Assembly (NCBI GenBank): GCA_963845095.1
Contig: CAWJQM010000001.1
Location: 83,881-147,880, forward strand
DNA: 64,000 nucleotides
Source: an uncultured delta proteobacterium
GTDB taxonomy: Bacteria > Desulfobacterota > Syntrophia > Syntrophales > Smithellaceae
Direction of reading: 5' to 3'
Shown here in pieces: positions 9,874-20,910 of this stretch. How positions within the stretch are numbered: the stretch's first letter is position 1; each line of letters begins with the position of its first letter. Below the pieces are notes generated by a model. The model was not told where the DNA came from and ran no database searches. It saw only the letters and a program-made list of their open reading frames with translations. The translations under genes were made by a program, and so were the position numbers.

Positions 9874-10655
9874 CTGGGTATGATTTCTCCCAAAGGCTTA
9901 ATTGCAATGCCCTCCCGGGCAAAGTATTCAACCATCAACCTTGCCGCAGCAACGCTTACCGGATTGTCGCCGTGGATGCACAGGGTATGCACAGCCACAT
10001 CGATCCACCGGCCGTTGATACTTTTGAAGCCGTTTTCCATGACCATTGCCACTGCGCGCTTGGCAATCAGTTCCGGATCATTCAGAACGACGCCTGCCTG
10101 TTTGCGGGGGACAAGCTCCCCTTCGTCCGTGTACTGGCGATCGGGAAAGGCCTCCAAGGCGATGCGCAGTCCCTCCCGGCGCGCCTTGGCGGCAAGCTCA
10201 GCTCCCCGTTTTGTGCCGAGCGTCAGGAAGACGGGGTCGCCGAACGCCCTGCTCACCTGACGGACGAGCTCGAGAAAAAGATCAGGCTTGGTGACAAGGT
10301 CATTGTAGAGAGCGCCGTGGAGTTTGATGTGCTGCAGAGGCAGGTCGTGCAGGGACAAAAAACCGCGGAGGGCGCCGACCTGATAGACAACATAAGCGTT
10401 AAGTTCCGCCGGGCTGATATCCATATACCTGCGGCCAAATCCCATCAGATCGGGAAAACCCGGGTGGGCTCCGATGCCGATATGATGGTCGCGGCAAAGA
10501 CGCACTGTACTGTCCATAACCAGCGGGTCGGAAGCGTGAAATCCGCAGGCGATGCTGGCCGAGGAAATGTAACGGACAGCCTCTTCATCCCGGCCCAGCG
10601 TGTATGCCCCGAAAGACTCGCCCATGTCACAATTGATGTCAATTACCTTTGCCAT
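9870..10655 (-). CDS. pxpA: 5-oxoprolinase subunit A (LamB/YcsF)
   Basis: IDINCDMGESFG, IACGFHA, GAHPGFPD, HIKLHGALYN, LCIHGDN. Confidence 0.95.
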   Translation of the reverse strand: MAKVIDINCDMGESFGAYTLGRDEEAVRYISSASIACGFHASDPLVMDSTVRLCRDHHIGIGAHPGFPDLMGFGRRYMDISPAELNAYVVYQVGALRGFLSLHDLPLQHIKLHGALYNDLVTKPDLFLELVRQVSRAFGDPVFLTLGTKRGAELAAKARREGLRIALEAFPDRQYTDEGELVPRKQAGVVLNDPELIAKRAVAMVMENGFKSINGRWIDVAVHTLCIHGDNPVSVAAARLMVEYFAREGIAIKPLGEIIPR

Positions 10656-10895
10656 GTTGGATCACCCCGTTATTAAAGTGCTCAGAAGTAGAATTGCGAT
10701 GCGACGACTTCTCGTCCGTTTCCCTGCCGGCAGGAGTGCTTAAGTGCTTAGGCTGCTGATTTAACACACCCTGCCTTCCCCGGCAACCAAATTCTTCCCC
10801 TTTGTGCCCGTCATTTTTTATTTGACACGCAAGTGGATATATGATTTATCTAGGACAACAATAATTAAATTTCATTAATCAGGTCGCAGACGGAA

Positions 10896-10997
10896 ATGGT
10901 CAGCAGAAACGATTACAGGATGGAAAGCAAAATAAGCCGTAACTATTATGGCTATTACTATTATTGCAATATCCGGTATCGGTCTGCCCCTTGCTGA
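10896..10997 (+). CDS. Putative Tyr-rich attenuator leader peptide (alternative start 10920)
   Basis: MVSRNDYRMESKISRNYYGYYYYCNIRYRSAPC*; 6 Tyr in 7 codons at 10944-10964; too short for the ORF track. Confidence 0.7.
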   Translation: MVSRNDYRMESKISRNYYGYYYYCNIRYRSAPC

Positions 10998-11018
10998 AAC
11001 GCTGCAAATAAATCGAAG

Positions 11019-11061
11019 AAAAGCCACGGGTAGATAGAGAAACCGTGGCTTTTTTGTTTTT
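11019..11061 (+). terminator. Intrinsic terminator (attenuator) in the leader of the LIV-paaK operon
   Basis: AAAAGCCACGG(11019-11029)/CCGTGGCTTTT(11043-11053) plus T tract, about 40 nt before the start codon. Confidence 0.85.
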
Positions 11062-11099
11062 AGGTCAAGCAGTATAATATCTGGAAAAGGAGAAGGGTT

Positions 11100-12241
11100 A
11101 TGTTGAAAAAAATGTTGAAGTTAGTTTTTTCCATAGTAGTCGTCGGGATTATGGCGGGATCTGCTGTTGCTGCTCCCATTAAGATCGGGGCGCTTTTTTC
11201 CGTGTCCGGGCCGGCTTCGTTCTTAGGTGAGCCGGAACGCAACACCGCCGAAATGATGGTGAACGAAATCAACAAAGCCGGTGGAATTAAGGGCCGCAAG
11301 CTGGAGCTGATCGTTTACGACACTCAGGCTGATGCGACCAAAGCAGTACAGGCGGCAAATAAGCTGATTAAGGACGACAAGGTTGTCGCCATCATCGGAC
11401 CCAGCACAACCGGCGACACGATGGCGGTGATTCCGGTAGTGGAAAAGGCCGGAGATACCTCTTGTTTCCTGCGCTGCCGGCATCAAAATAACCGAACCGG
11501 TGAAGAAGTGGGTTTTTAAAACGGCGCAAAACGATGCTTTGGCCGTAGCCAGAATATTTGATTACATGAAGAGACAGAAAATTTCTAAAATTGCCATTCT
11601 GACCGTATCGGATGGTTTTGGTTCTTCCGGCCGGGAACAGCTTGTCTCGCAGGCCGGCAAATACGGCATATCAGATCATCTCGGATGAAACATACGGGCC
11701 CAAGGATACGGACATGACGGCACAATTGACTAAAATCCGCAGCGGCGCAGCGCAGGCCATTGTCTGCTGGGGAACAAATCCCGGACCGGCGGTAGTGGCC
11801 AGGAATGTCCAGCAACTGGGGATTAAACTTCCCTTGTATATGAGCCATGGCGTATCTTCCAAGAAATTCATCGAACTGGCCGGTGATGCGGCCGAAGGCA
11901 TTATCCTGCCCTCAGGCCGGGTTATTGTTGCCCACAGCCTTCCCCAGACTGATCCCCAGAAAAAGGCGCTGCTCAACTACGTTGAAAATTACAAGAAACA
12001 TTATAAAGTTGAAGGTGATCATTTTGGCGGGCATGCCTATGACGCCATTATGCTGATCAAAGGCGCTATGGAACGCGGCGCGGATACACCTGCTTCCATT
12101 CGCGATCAACTGGAAAAAACAGCCAACTTTTCCGGCATCGGCGGAACATTTCATTTTTCACCGCAGGATCACGCCGGTCTGACCAGCGATGCTTTTGTCC
12201 TGGTGCAAATTAAAAATAAAGGCTGGACACTGCTTAAATAA
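11100..12241 (+). CDS. LIV-type ABC transporter substrate-binding protein (frameshifts near 11460 and 11670)
   Basis: IKIGALFSVSGPASFLGEPE, IIGPSTTG, DTDMTAQLTKI, FGGHAYDA across three ORFs. Confidence 0.9.
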
Positions 12242-12308
12242 GTGTGTATTTATTGCGTCAGGAGCAACGCCGGATTCATTCCTGCGTTGCTCTTACTATA
12301 TAAAAAAT

Positions 12309-13193
12309 ATGGATAACTCCAGTCAATTATTTCAATATATTTTATCAGGGCTCTCCAACGGAGCGATTTATGCGCTGATTGGTTTCGGCTTCGCCATTAT
12401 TTATAATGCCACCGGGATCATCAATTTTGCCCAGGGTGAGTTTGTCATGCTGGGGGGCATGCTGACGATTTTTTTTCTTGGCTTGCTGAATTTCCCTTTA
12501 ATTCCGGCAATTGTTCTGGCCATCCTAATTTCCACACTCATCGGCATTGCTTTTGAGCGGCTGGCGATCAGGCCTCTGAAAAATGCCCCGCCGCTGAGCA
12601 TGGTAATTATAACCATCGGCGCCAGCATTCTGATTCGCGGCATTGCCATGCTGGTCTGGGGAAAAGATACTTCCGCCGTCCCGCCCTTTTCCGGCAATGA
12701 CCCGCTGTATATAGCCGGAGCAACAATCCTGCCCCAGCATCTCTGGATTTTCGCCATAACCCTGTTGATCATTGCCGCCAACAAGTTATTTTTTAATTAC
12801 AGCATCGTCGGCAAGGCCATGCGCGCCTGTGCCTATAACAGTCAGGCCGCCAGCCTTGTCGGAATCAATGTCAAGACCATGGTGCTTCTTTCCTTTGTCA
12901 TCAGTTCCGCTATCGGTTCCATGGCGGGAATAATCATCGCACCGCTGACGATGACTTCTTACGATGTCGGCGTCATGCTGGGGCTGAAGGGTTTTTGCGC
13001 GGTGATTATCGGCGGCATGAGCAGCGGACTGGGAACAATAATGGGCGGCTTGCTGCTGGGATTATTGGAATCGCTCGGCGCCGGTTATATCTCCGCCAGC
13101 TATAAAGATGCTATTGCTTTCATAATTTTATTGTTAATCCTTTTTGTGCGGCCGGAAGGCTTATTTAAGCAGAAGGAAACGGAAAGAGTTTAG
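12309..13193 (+). CDS. livH: LIV-type ABC permease
   Basis: GAIYALIGFGFAIIYNATGIINFAQGEF, GKAMRA, VRPEGLF. Confidence 0.92.
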   Translation: MDNSSQLFQYILSGLSNGAIYALIGFGFAIIYNATGIINFAQGEFVMLGGMLTIFFLGLLNFPLIPAIVLAILISTLIGIAFERLAIRPLKNAPPLSMVIITIGASILIRGIAMLVWGKDTSAVPPFSGNDPLYIAGATILPQHLWIFAITLLIIAANKLFFNYSIVGKAMRACAYNSQAASLVGINVKTMVLLSFVISSAIGSMAGIIIAPLTMTSYDVGVMLGLKGFCAVIIGGMSSGLGTIMGGLLLGLLESLGAGYISASYKDAIAFIILLLILFVRPEGLFKQKETERV

Positions 13194-13207
13194 TCGCAAA
13201 AACAGCC

Positions 13208-14198
13208 ATGACCAAAGAAAAACGTGAAATAATAATATTTCTGATCTTTACGCTGGCCGTATTGATTACGCCTTTCTTTCTGCAGGGCAGCTATTTTCTC
13301 AATGTGCTGGTTTTTATCGGCATCAACACCATGCTGGCCGTGGCACTGAATCTTCTGCTGGGCTATGCCGGGCAGATTTCCCTCGGACATGCCGCCTTCT
13401 TCGGATCAGGGGCATATATATCGGCGATTCTTACGGCCAGGTTCGGTCTTGACCCCTGGCTGGCCATGGGCGTTGCGGCTGCCGCCAATGGCGTCCTGGC
13501 CTTTGTTATCGGTTTCCCAATTTTAAAATTGAAAGGGCATTACCTGGCAATGGCGACACTCGGTTTCGGCATTATCATGTTTATTATCTTTAATGAAACC
13601 GTATCGATCACCGGAGGACCGTCGGGATTTTCGGGCATTCCCAACATTAATATCGGCTCCCTGATCTTTGACAACGATTGGAACAATTATTATCTGATCT
13701 GGATAATTACTCTGCTGGTCATGCTTTTATCAATCAATTTATCTCAATCACGCATCGGACGCGCGCTGCGGGCGATTCACGATTCGGAAGTCGCTGCCCG
13801 GGTCATGGGCGTCAATGCCCGGCTGCTGAAAGTTCAGATATTTACTGTTTCCGCCGTTATTTCAGCGATTGCCGGCAGCCTTATATGCTCATACCATGAC
13901 TTTCATTTCTCCGACTTCTTTCGGGTTTAATTTTTCCATCGAACTTTTGACCATGGTAATCATCGGTGGTCTGGGAAGCATTTACGGTTCCTTTCTCGGT
14001 GCGGCAATTTTAACCATTCTGCCGGAGTTCCTCCGTGTCTTGCATGATTTTGACATTATTGTTTACGGCCTGATGCTGATTATGATGACTATGTATATGC
14101 CCGGCGGCCTGATCAGCGGCTTGCAGCAGATAGCCGGAATTCGCCGGCAGGAAAATAAAAAGCCGGGGGGCAGAGCATGCTTAGACTTGAAGGGATAA
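13208..14198 (+). CDS. livM: LIV-type ABC permease (frameshift near 13880)
   Basis: LNLLLGYAGQISLGHAAFFG, LKGHYLAMATLGF, GRALRAIHDSE, MVIIGGLGS. Confidence 0.9.
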
Positions 14199-14928
14199 CC
14201 AAGATATTCGGCGGGCTTACCGCTCTGGAGGATGTGTCCCTCGGAGGTCAAGAAAGGCTCCATAACCGGCGTTATCGGCCCGAACGGCGCAGGCAAAACA
14301 ACATTATTTAATATTGTAACCGGCCTTTATACACAGACATCGGGCAAGGTTTATCTCGGTGAAAAAAATATTTCCCTCCTGGCGACGGAAATCCTGGCTC
14401 GCTCGGTCTGGTGCGCACTTTCCAGAACGTGGAGCTTTTCGGGCAAATGACCGTGCTGGAAAATGTTATGGTCGGACTCCATACCAAGAGCAGGAGCGGC
14501 ATAATTTCCTGTGCGTTTAAATTACCCCGGCAGATTAAGGAAGAAAAGCAAATCAAAGAAAAGGCCCTGCACTGGCTGGAATTTACCGGCCTGGCCGACG
14601 AGGCCGAAATACGGCTCATAATCTGCCTTTCGGCAAGGGTAGGATCCTGGAGATTGCCCGTGCTCTGGCCGTGGAGCCGCAGCTTATCCTGATGGACGAA
14701 CCGGCGGCGGGATTGAACAGCCAGGAAACGGCGCAGCTGGCTTTGCTCATCCGTAAAATCCGGGAATCGGGCATCACTATCGTGCTGGTGGAGCACGATA
14801 TGGATCTGGTAATGGACATTTGTGACTCGGTCATCGTTTTAAATCTGGGTAAAAAGCTGGCCTGCGGCACTCCGCGCGAGATTCAGGAAAATACGGCGGT
14901 TATCGCCGCGTATTTGGGCGAAGGTTGA
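14177..14928 (+). CDS. livG: LIV-type ABC ATPase (several frameshifts)
   Basis: [35 protein letters not shown]. Confidence 0.88.
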
Positions 14929-14935
14929 TTTCGCT

Positions 14936-15702
14936 ATGTTGAAGATTAAAAACATCAATACTTACTATGGTCAGGTCCATGCCTTGAAAAATGTTTCTCT
15001 GCATTTGAACGAAGGGGAGATAGTCACGCTCATCGGCGCCAATGGAGCCGGCAAAACCACCCTGCTTAATTCTTTATCCTGCATTGTGCCGGTGCAAAGC
15101 GGCGAGATTCTCTTCGCCGGAAAATCCATCGGCAATCTTGCCCCGCAGTCAGATCGTCAGACTGGGCATTTCGCAGGTTCCGGAAGGCAGGCAGGTCTTC
15201 AAACCGCTGTCGGTGGAAGATAATCTGGAACTGGGCGCTTATCAGCAATACCGATCCCGGACGGGCAGGGCGGAGGCAAAAAACACCGCCGCCGAGATTT
15301 ACGATTTATTTCCCATATTGCGCACAAGAAGAAAGCAACTGGCCGGAACGCTGTCGGGCGGAGAACAGCAAATGCTTTCCATCGGTCGCGCGCTGATGGC
15401 CAAACCAAAGCTTTTACTGCTCGATGAACCGTCGATGGGACTTGCCCCGATGATCGTCCAGGAAATATTCAGGGTTATTGAAAATCTGTCGAAGGAAAAG
15501 AAAACAACCGTTTTGTTAGTGGAACAGAATGCCCGTGCCGCCCTGAAAATGGCCCATCGCGGCTATGTGATGGAAACGGGGAAAATGATTCTGGAAGGAA
15601 CTGCCGCCGAATTACTGGAGCAATAAAGACGTGCAGCGGGCCTACCTGGGCAGGGATAAAAAGGAAATATGGGAGAGATGGAAATTTTACAGCAGTATTT
15701 GA
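14936..15702 (+). CDS. livF: LIV-type ABC ATPase (frameshifts)
   Basis: GANGAGKTT, VPEGRQVF, LSGGEQQM, LDEPSMGLAP, VEQNA. Confidence 0.9.
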
Positions 15703-15715
15703 AGGATTAGGATGG

Positions 15716-17018
15716 ATGAACATCTGGGATTCGGCTCATGAGTGTATGTCGCGTGACGAACTGGAGCAACTGCAATTGGAAAGACTGCAGGCGACAATCA
15801 ACCGGGTGCATAAGAACGTTACTCATTACCGGAAAAAATTCGCCCAGCCGGGTATCATACCGGAGGACATCCGATCGCTGGCCGATTTGACGAAACTTCC
15901 TTTCACCGACTAAAGAGGATTTGCGCATTAACTATCCTTATGGAATGTTCGCCGTTCCGCTGCGGGAAGTAGTCCGCATTCATTCGTCTTCCGGAACAAC
16001 CAGCAAACCGATTGTCGTCGGTTATACTAAAAACGATATCCGTATCTGGTCTAATCTTGTCGCCCGTTTTATGACCGCCGCCGGCGTAACTTCCGATGAT
16101 CTCGTGCAGATAGCTTTCAGCTACGGTCTTTTTACCGGCGCTTTCGGCGTCCATTACGGCGCGGAAGTGATCGGGGCTTCGGTAATTCCGATGGGTACGG
16201 GCAACACGGAAAAACAAATCATGATTATGCAGGATTATAAAACAACCGTTCTGGTCAGCACACCTAGTTATGCCCTGCAGCTCGCCGACCGCATCAGCCA
16301 ATCCGGCATCGAGGCGAAAACGCTTTCTCTCAAATTCGGCCTTTTTGGCGGAGAACCGTGGTCGGAGAATATGCGCCGGGAAATAGAAAGCCGGCTTTGT
16401 CTCAGTGCAACCGATAACTACGGAATTTCGGAAGTGATCGGCCCGGGTATTGCCGGCGAGTGTCAGTGCAAAAACGGCATGCATATTTATGAAGACTCTT
16501 TTATTCCGGAAATTATTGATCCGCAGACAGGGGCGGTGCTCGAGGCCGGACAGGAGGGCGAATTGGTGCTGACGACACTGACCAAAGAGGCCTTCCCGAT
16601 GATCCGTTACCGCACCGGCGATATAACCCGCCTGGATTACGCGCCCTGCGCCTGCGGCCGAACTCTCGTGCGCATGCAGAGAGTCTTGCGGCGTTCCGAC
16701 GACATGCTGATTATTCGGGGCATCAATGTATATCCTTCGCAAATTGAAGAGGCCATTATCAGCAGTGCCCAGGGGGAAGCCCCCTATCAGATTATTGTTG
16801 ATCGCCGGGGCGCGATGGACAGCCTGGAAGTGGTAATTGAAATTACCAGCAAGATCTTCTCCCTGGAGCTGCAGAAACAGCGCTCTTTTCTGGAAACTCT
16901 GAAAAAGCGCATCGCGTCGGTAACCGGAATTGGAGTGTCCGTTAAGTTAGTGGAAGCCAATAGCTTACCTCGGACGGAAGGAAAGATTCGCAAGGTGTTG
17001 GATCAAAGGCGGATTTGA
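15716..17018 (+). CDS. paaK: Phenylacetate-CoA ligase family protein (frameshift near 15910)
   Basis: YPYGMFAVP, HSSSGTT, YGLFTGAFG, DNYGISE, RYRTGD, RSDDMLIIRGINVYPSQIE. Confidence 0.92.
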
Positions 17019-17397
17019 TCGCTTTCCAGTTCATTCCTCGAAGCTTGCTCTTCGTCTCTAAAAATAACGAAAACAACAGGGACGAGATCAATGCCGGATA
17101 GTGAGCAGCCTAACTTCATCTACCATCAATGAACTTGATTGCCCTGAAAGATTAAAAATTATTTATTGGAGTCAATATTCTTGATTGTGTGCTTGTCTAG
17201 CAGATTACTACCCGCATTGTGCAGGCAACATTAAAGCAAATCTGAAATATGCCGTTTATCTCTGTCACTACAAAGTCTCAGAAGTGGAAATTGTTAGAAT
17301 CGATGATTATCATTTGAAAAGTTGTATCCGACTTCGCTAATAAACCAACCAATGAATTAACCCATCGACTCCCATGTAAACTATTTTAACAGCTTTT

Positions 17398-18190
17398 CTA
17401 CAAATAAGAATATGAATGGCAATCAAAGTTTGAATCAGCATAGCACTTGCAGTCGCAGTGATTAAGATAGGGAAGACCTCTTGGACAACATACATAAGGA
17501 CATCCCATCCCACCTCCGCAGAAATTGGTCATACACACAAGGTTACCAGGGCAGAATTCTTGGTTCGGCGGGAAAGGCTCCGTCCTACTCGGATCAACTA
17601 CTCCGCAGTCGGCCCTATAGGCAAGGTCACCACTCTTGTCGGCTTTGGTCAGGCCAGAGATACGCTGGAGAATCTTTTTATTGTTGCCAGGTTTTATTTC
17701 ATATCTAACATTATGTGCTTCACCAGTTGCCGTGTTTAAATCCCAGTAGAATAATTTTGAATCTGATTCTATCGTGATAAAATTTCCATCAGCTGAGAGT
17801 GTGTAGGAATTATTCAGCGGAACTTTTTGGCCGGCTAACTTTTGAGCTACAGAAGCTGGTATACTGCTTCCTTCAAAGTCATCTTTAGGATTGAATAGTA
17901 ATTCGATTGTTGTATAGACAATACGCCTATCATTACCGGTGCATAACCATGGCGCTTCATTGTTCGATCCCTTAACTTCATAACGATTACCTTGGCGTGA
18001 AATTGATATCCTACTTCCTATAAACGATTTATCAGTGTCTAAAGTAACTGAAATTACTTCCCACACACCTTCAACGGTCAGTTGTTCCAGCCGCACTTGC
18101 GGCTTGTATATTCGCAACAACAATGTAAGAGATTACTAAGAACAGTATCAAAACTGATTGCAGGAATATGGCATCCAATATTTTTCTCAT
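17398..18190 (-). CDS. Hypothetical exported protein with Cys-rich C-terminus (frameshift near the start)
   Basis: C-terminus FCPGNLVCMTNFCGGGMGCPYVCCPRGLPYLNHCDCKCY; probable ATG at 18190; AT-rich. Confidence 0.6.
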
Positions 18191-18412
18191 AAGAAACCTC
18201 TTCAGCTAGACAATTAATATCCACTCGTCACTCTGATTATCACGATTTCCGCATGAAATCCATTATGAAAGAAAAATTTGCATAGGTCAGACTTCAGGAA
18301 GAAGCAGTGCTTGCTGCATGCACCTACGAAGTCAAGCATAGGAGATATAGTATTGGATTGCGGATTACGGGATAAATCAAATATAACTTTCGGTTAGATT
18401 ACAGGCACACTA

Positions 18413-19501
18413 TCAATCCACCTTTATCGGACGACTGACGGAACCATCGGTATTAAATGTTACCTTGTATCCGGCGTTCAGTATGAACGTGAATCCTGTC
18501 TTATTTTCCGTGATCTCCAGTTGACCGAATTGAAGTACCACGGAGCCGCTGCCATCAGGGTTTACGGTAGCTTCAAAGTCTGTTCCTCTGATACCTACAT
18601 GCATTACCGGGAGCTTGACCTTCATCTCTGCGAGGTCCTGAAGCGGTTTTACCTTCCCCGTTACCCAGCGGAACACCCCTTTTGAGACGTTTGCTATAAT
18701 GGTCTTCGGGCCTTTATCGTCGTCGTATACGAACTTATCTATGACGATGTCGCTGTTCGGACCTATGGTGAAGGTGGTATCGTCGGGCAGCTTCATGCGT
18801 ATATGGCCGTTGCTTCCGGTGATTACCTTGGTCCCTTCCTCAAGGGGTATCTGGTCTGCACCCTTTCCCGTTAGTTTGCGACCATCTTTGGTGAGGACAT
18901 AGAACTCCCCGCGTGATTCGACCTGGGCTATGGCTGAAGTAATGGCCTTTTTGCTTTAGCTTGCTCCGGCCCAGAGACACGGACGAGAGTAATTATCGCT
19001 GCAAAAGGCTGTATTTCATAGTTGACCAACAGACCGGACCGCATTCCATAATTCACATATAATGTATCACAGGCATATTCCGCAGAACGACCATCGGCGA
19101 GAAGCGTTATTCTCCTTCTCTTGGTAACCTTGCCGGCCAATTGCCTAAGAGCTGAGCGAAAAGCGTCGTCTTGAGGATTGCCAAATTCATCAATTAGATC
19201 ATCATAAGATGCAATATAAGTAGCCATGATCTGCGTTGGAGTGCCATGAAAATCATAATCCTTTGTGTCCCCCTGCCTGCGATTTCCAGGATGTTTCGTA
19301 TACGTCACCCTTTCGCATAATTATAAATCTGTCGTCTCTTTTTTTCGACTTTGTCCAAGATGATGTAACCGCCCACTCTCCTTCAAGGGGCGGCGTATTC
19401 TGTCCATTCGCCATGTTCATATCGCCCACAAAGATGAATGAGAGTGTTAAATAAAATATCAAAACTGATTGCGAAAATACAGCTGTCATCAGCTTTCTCA
19501 T
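18413..19501 (-). CDS. Exported protein with C-terminal FecR-like domain (split in three pieces)
   Basis: Signal peptide; TGSNGH..MKLPDDTTFTIGPNSDIVIDKF...GIRGTDFEATV. Confidence 0.7.
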
Positions 19502-19691
19502 AATGCCTCCTTGGTACCACTTAAATAAATGTGAGTTAATACCTCATTCTTGAAATTTATTGTGCATTTATGTAAGTGAAATTTCAAGCAGGAAATTGTT
19601 AGAAATATTATTGAATGCTGATTGAATGTTGTGCGAATTGGGAAAATAAGAAAAACAACATTTCAGGAAGAACGTTGATGCTGCAGACTAA

Positions 19692-20457
19692 TTATTTTTC
19701 TCCTCGGAGAATACCGATTGTTCCAACCATGAAGGGCAATTTCAAGGCTTTTGGGATGAAGGGGAGGTTGTTTGTCGGAATAAATTCCACCGAGGCTATG
19801 CCCCATTTTTTGATTGTTGCTACTAATTCATTTATATCTCCGTAAACAGCCTTCCAGAGAAATAAATCCTGGAAGGCAAACCGCCCGCCTTTTTTAACGA
19901 CACGCAGGGCTTCCCGAATCACTGCGCGTTTATCTTTGGCATCCCTTACTTCATGGAATACTAGATTGCTTATGGCGGCATCGAAACTTTCATCAGCAAA
20001 CGGCAAATCAGAAGCTGAAGCTTTTTGAAAAGAAGTACGTGACGCTACTCCTTCTATCATTGCATTTCTTTCACAGACGCTTTTGGAATATTCCCACATG
20101 TCACCCCAGTAATCTATTCCGGCAATCTGCGCTTCCGGGTATGTGTGTGCCAGTCTTATTGTGAGCGGGGCATTGCCGCAACCGATATCCAGTACCCTTC
20201 CCCAGTCCATCCCAGTCCATATTTGTCAGCAACGCATCCTGAATCTTCGTTTGAATATCGCCCCCTGATGGAGAAAATCGATATCTAGCATAGGCAAAAT
20301 ACGCCGCCATTAAGAAAAATATCAGAGCAGGAATAGACAGCACCGGAAAAACAAATGCTAAAATTAAAAAGAATAAGGTTATAATTCCAGGAACATAGAT
20401 AAATTTTGTAGACACCCAATTGCTGTAGTTCGGTCTTTCTGTAATTACTTCATTCAT
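19692..20457 (-). CDS. Class I SAM-dependent methyltransferase with N-terminal TM (frameshift near 20200)
   Basis: VLDIGCGN, SASDLPFADESFDAAISNLVFHEV, RVVKKGGRF. Confidence 0.88.
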
Positions 20458-20910
20458 TGACAGCTATTTCTTCTATTTATTGGCCTAATGTCTATGCTTA
20501 AAATCTCTTTGTGATTATTGTCAAGATAAAATACGAAGCCTGTTATTTTGATTCGTACTGTTGAATATTTTTTCAAAACAGCGATGTGCAGAGTTACAGG
20601 AAGACACAAATAGCGCATCATCCTGAAAATACCAGGCTCGTAAATCTGCACGTTTCAAGCCGTTATCATTAATCCGGCCAGATCACTAAAACGCTTCCTT
20701 TTGTATTTGAAGTGTTTATGTCTGTCCAGAGAAACCACTTTATCGATAGTCATAAAGAGAAAGGTTTAATTTCCTGCCGGATGATAACAATATTTGCTTG
20801 TAATGACAGCGAATATTCGGTAATAAACGGATGCGGCATTATCTAAAAGTATGTTTTACCCGGCTATCTTTTACAAAAACCAGCAGGTTGTTACATAATG
20901 AGGAGAGAAA

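Noticed and set aside
10948..11037. Alternative Ile-rich leader frame MAITIIAISGIG...
   Set aside because: No RBS, and its stop falls inside the terminator loop, which fits attenuation geometry poorly. The Tyr frame is preferred, though this is not formally excluded.
12260..12294. Hairpins after substrate-binding protein genes (also near 6304 and 30331) as ncRNAs
   Set aside because: Ordinary intercistronic stabiliser or partial-terminator stem-loops of transporter operons.
20201..20220. Tandem CCCAGTCCAT x2 as a phase-variation or duplication event
   Set aside because: It encodes MDWDGLG, which fits the expected pre-motif-I sequence; the frameshift is better explained by one extra base next to it.
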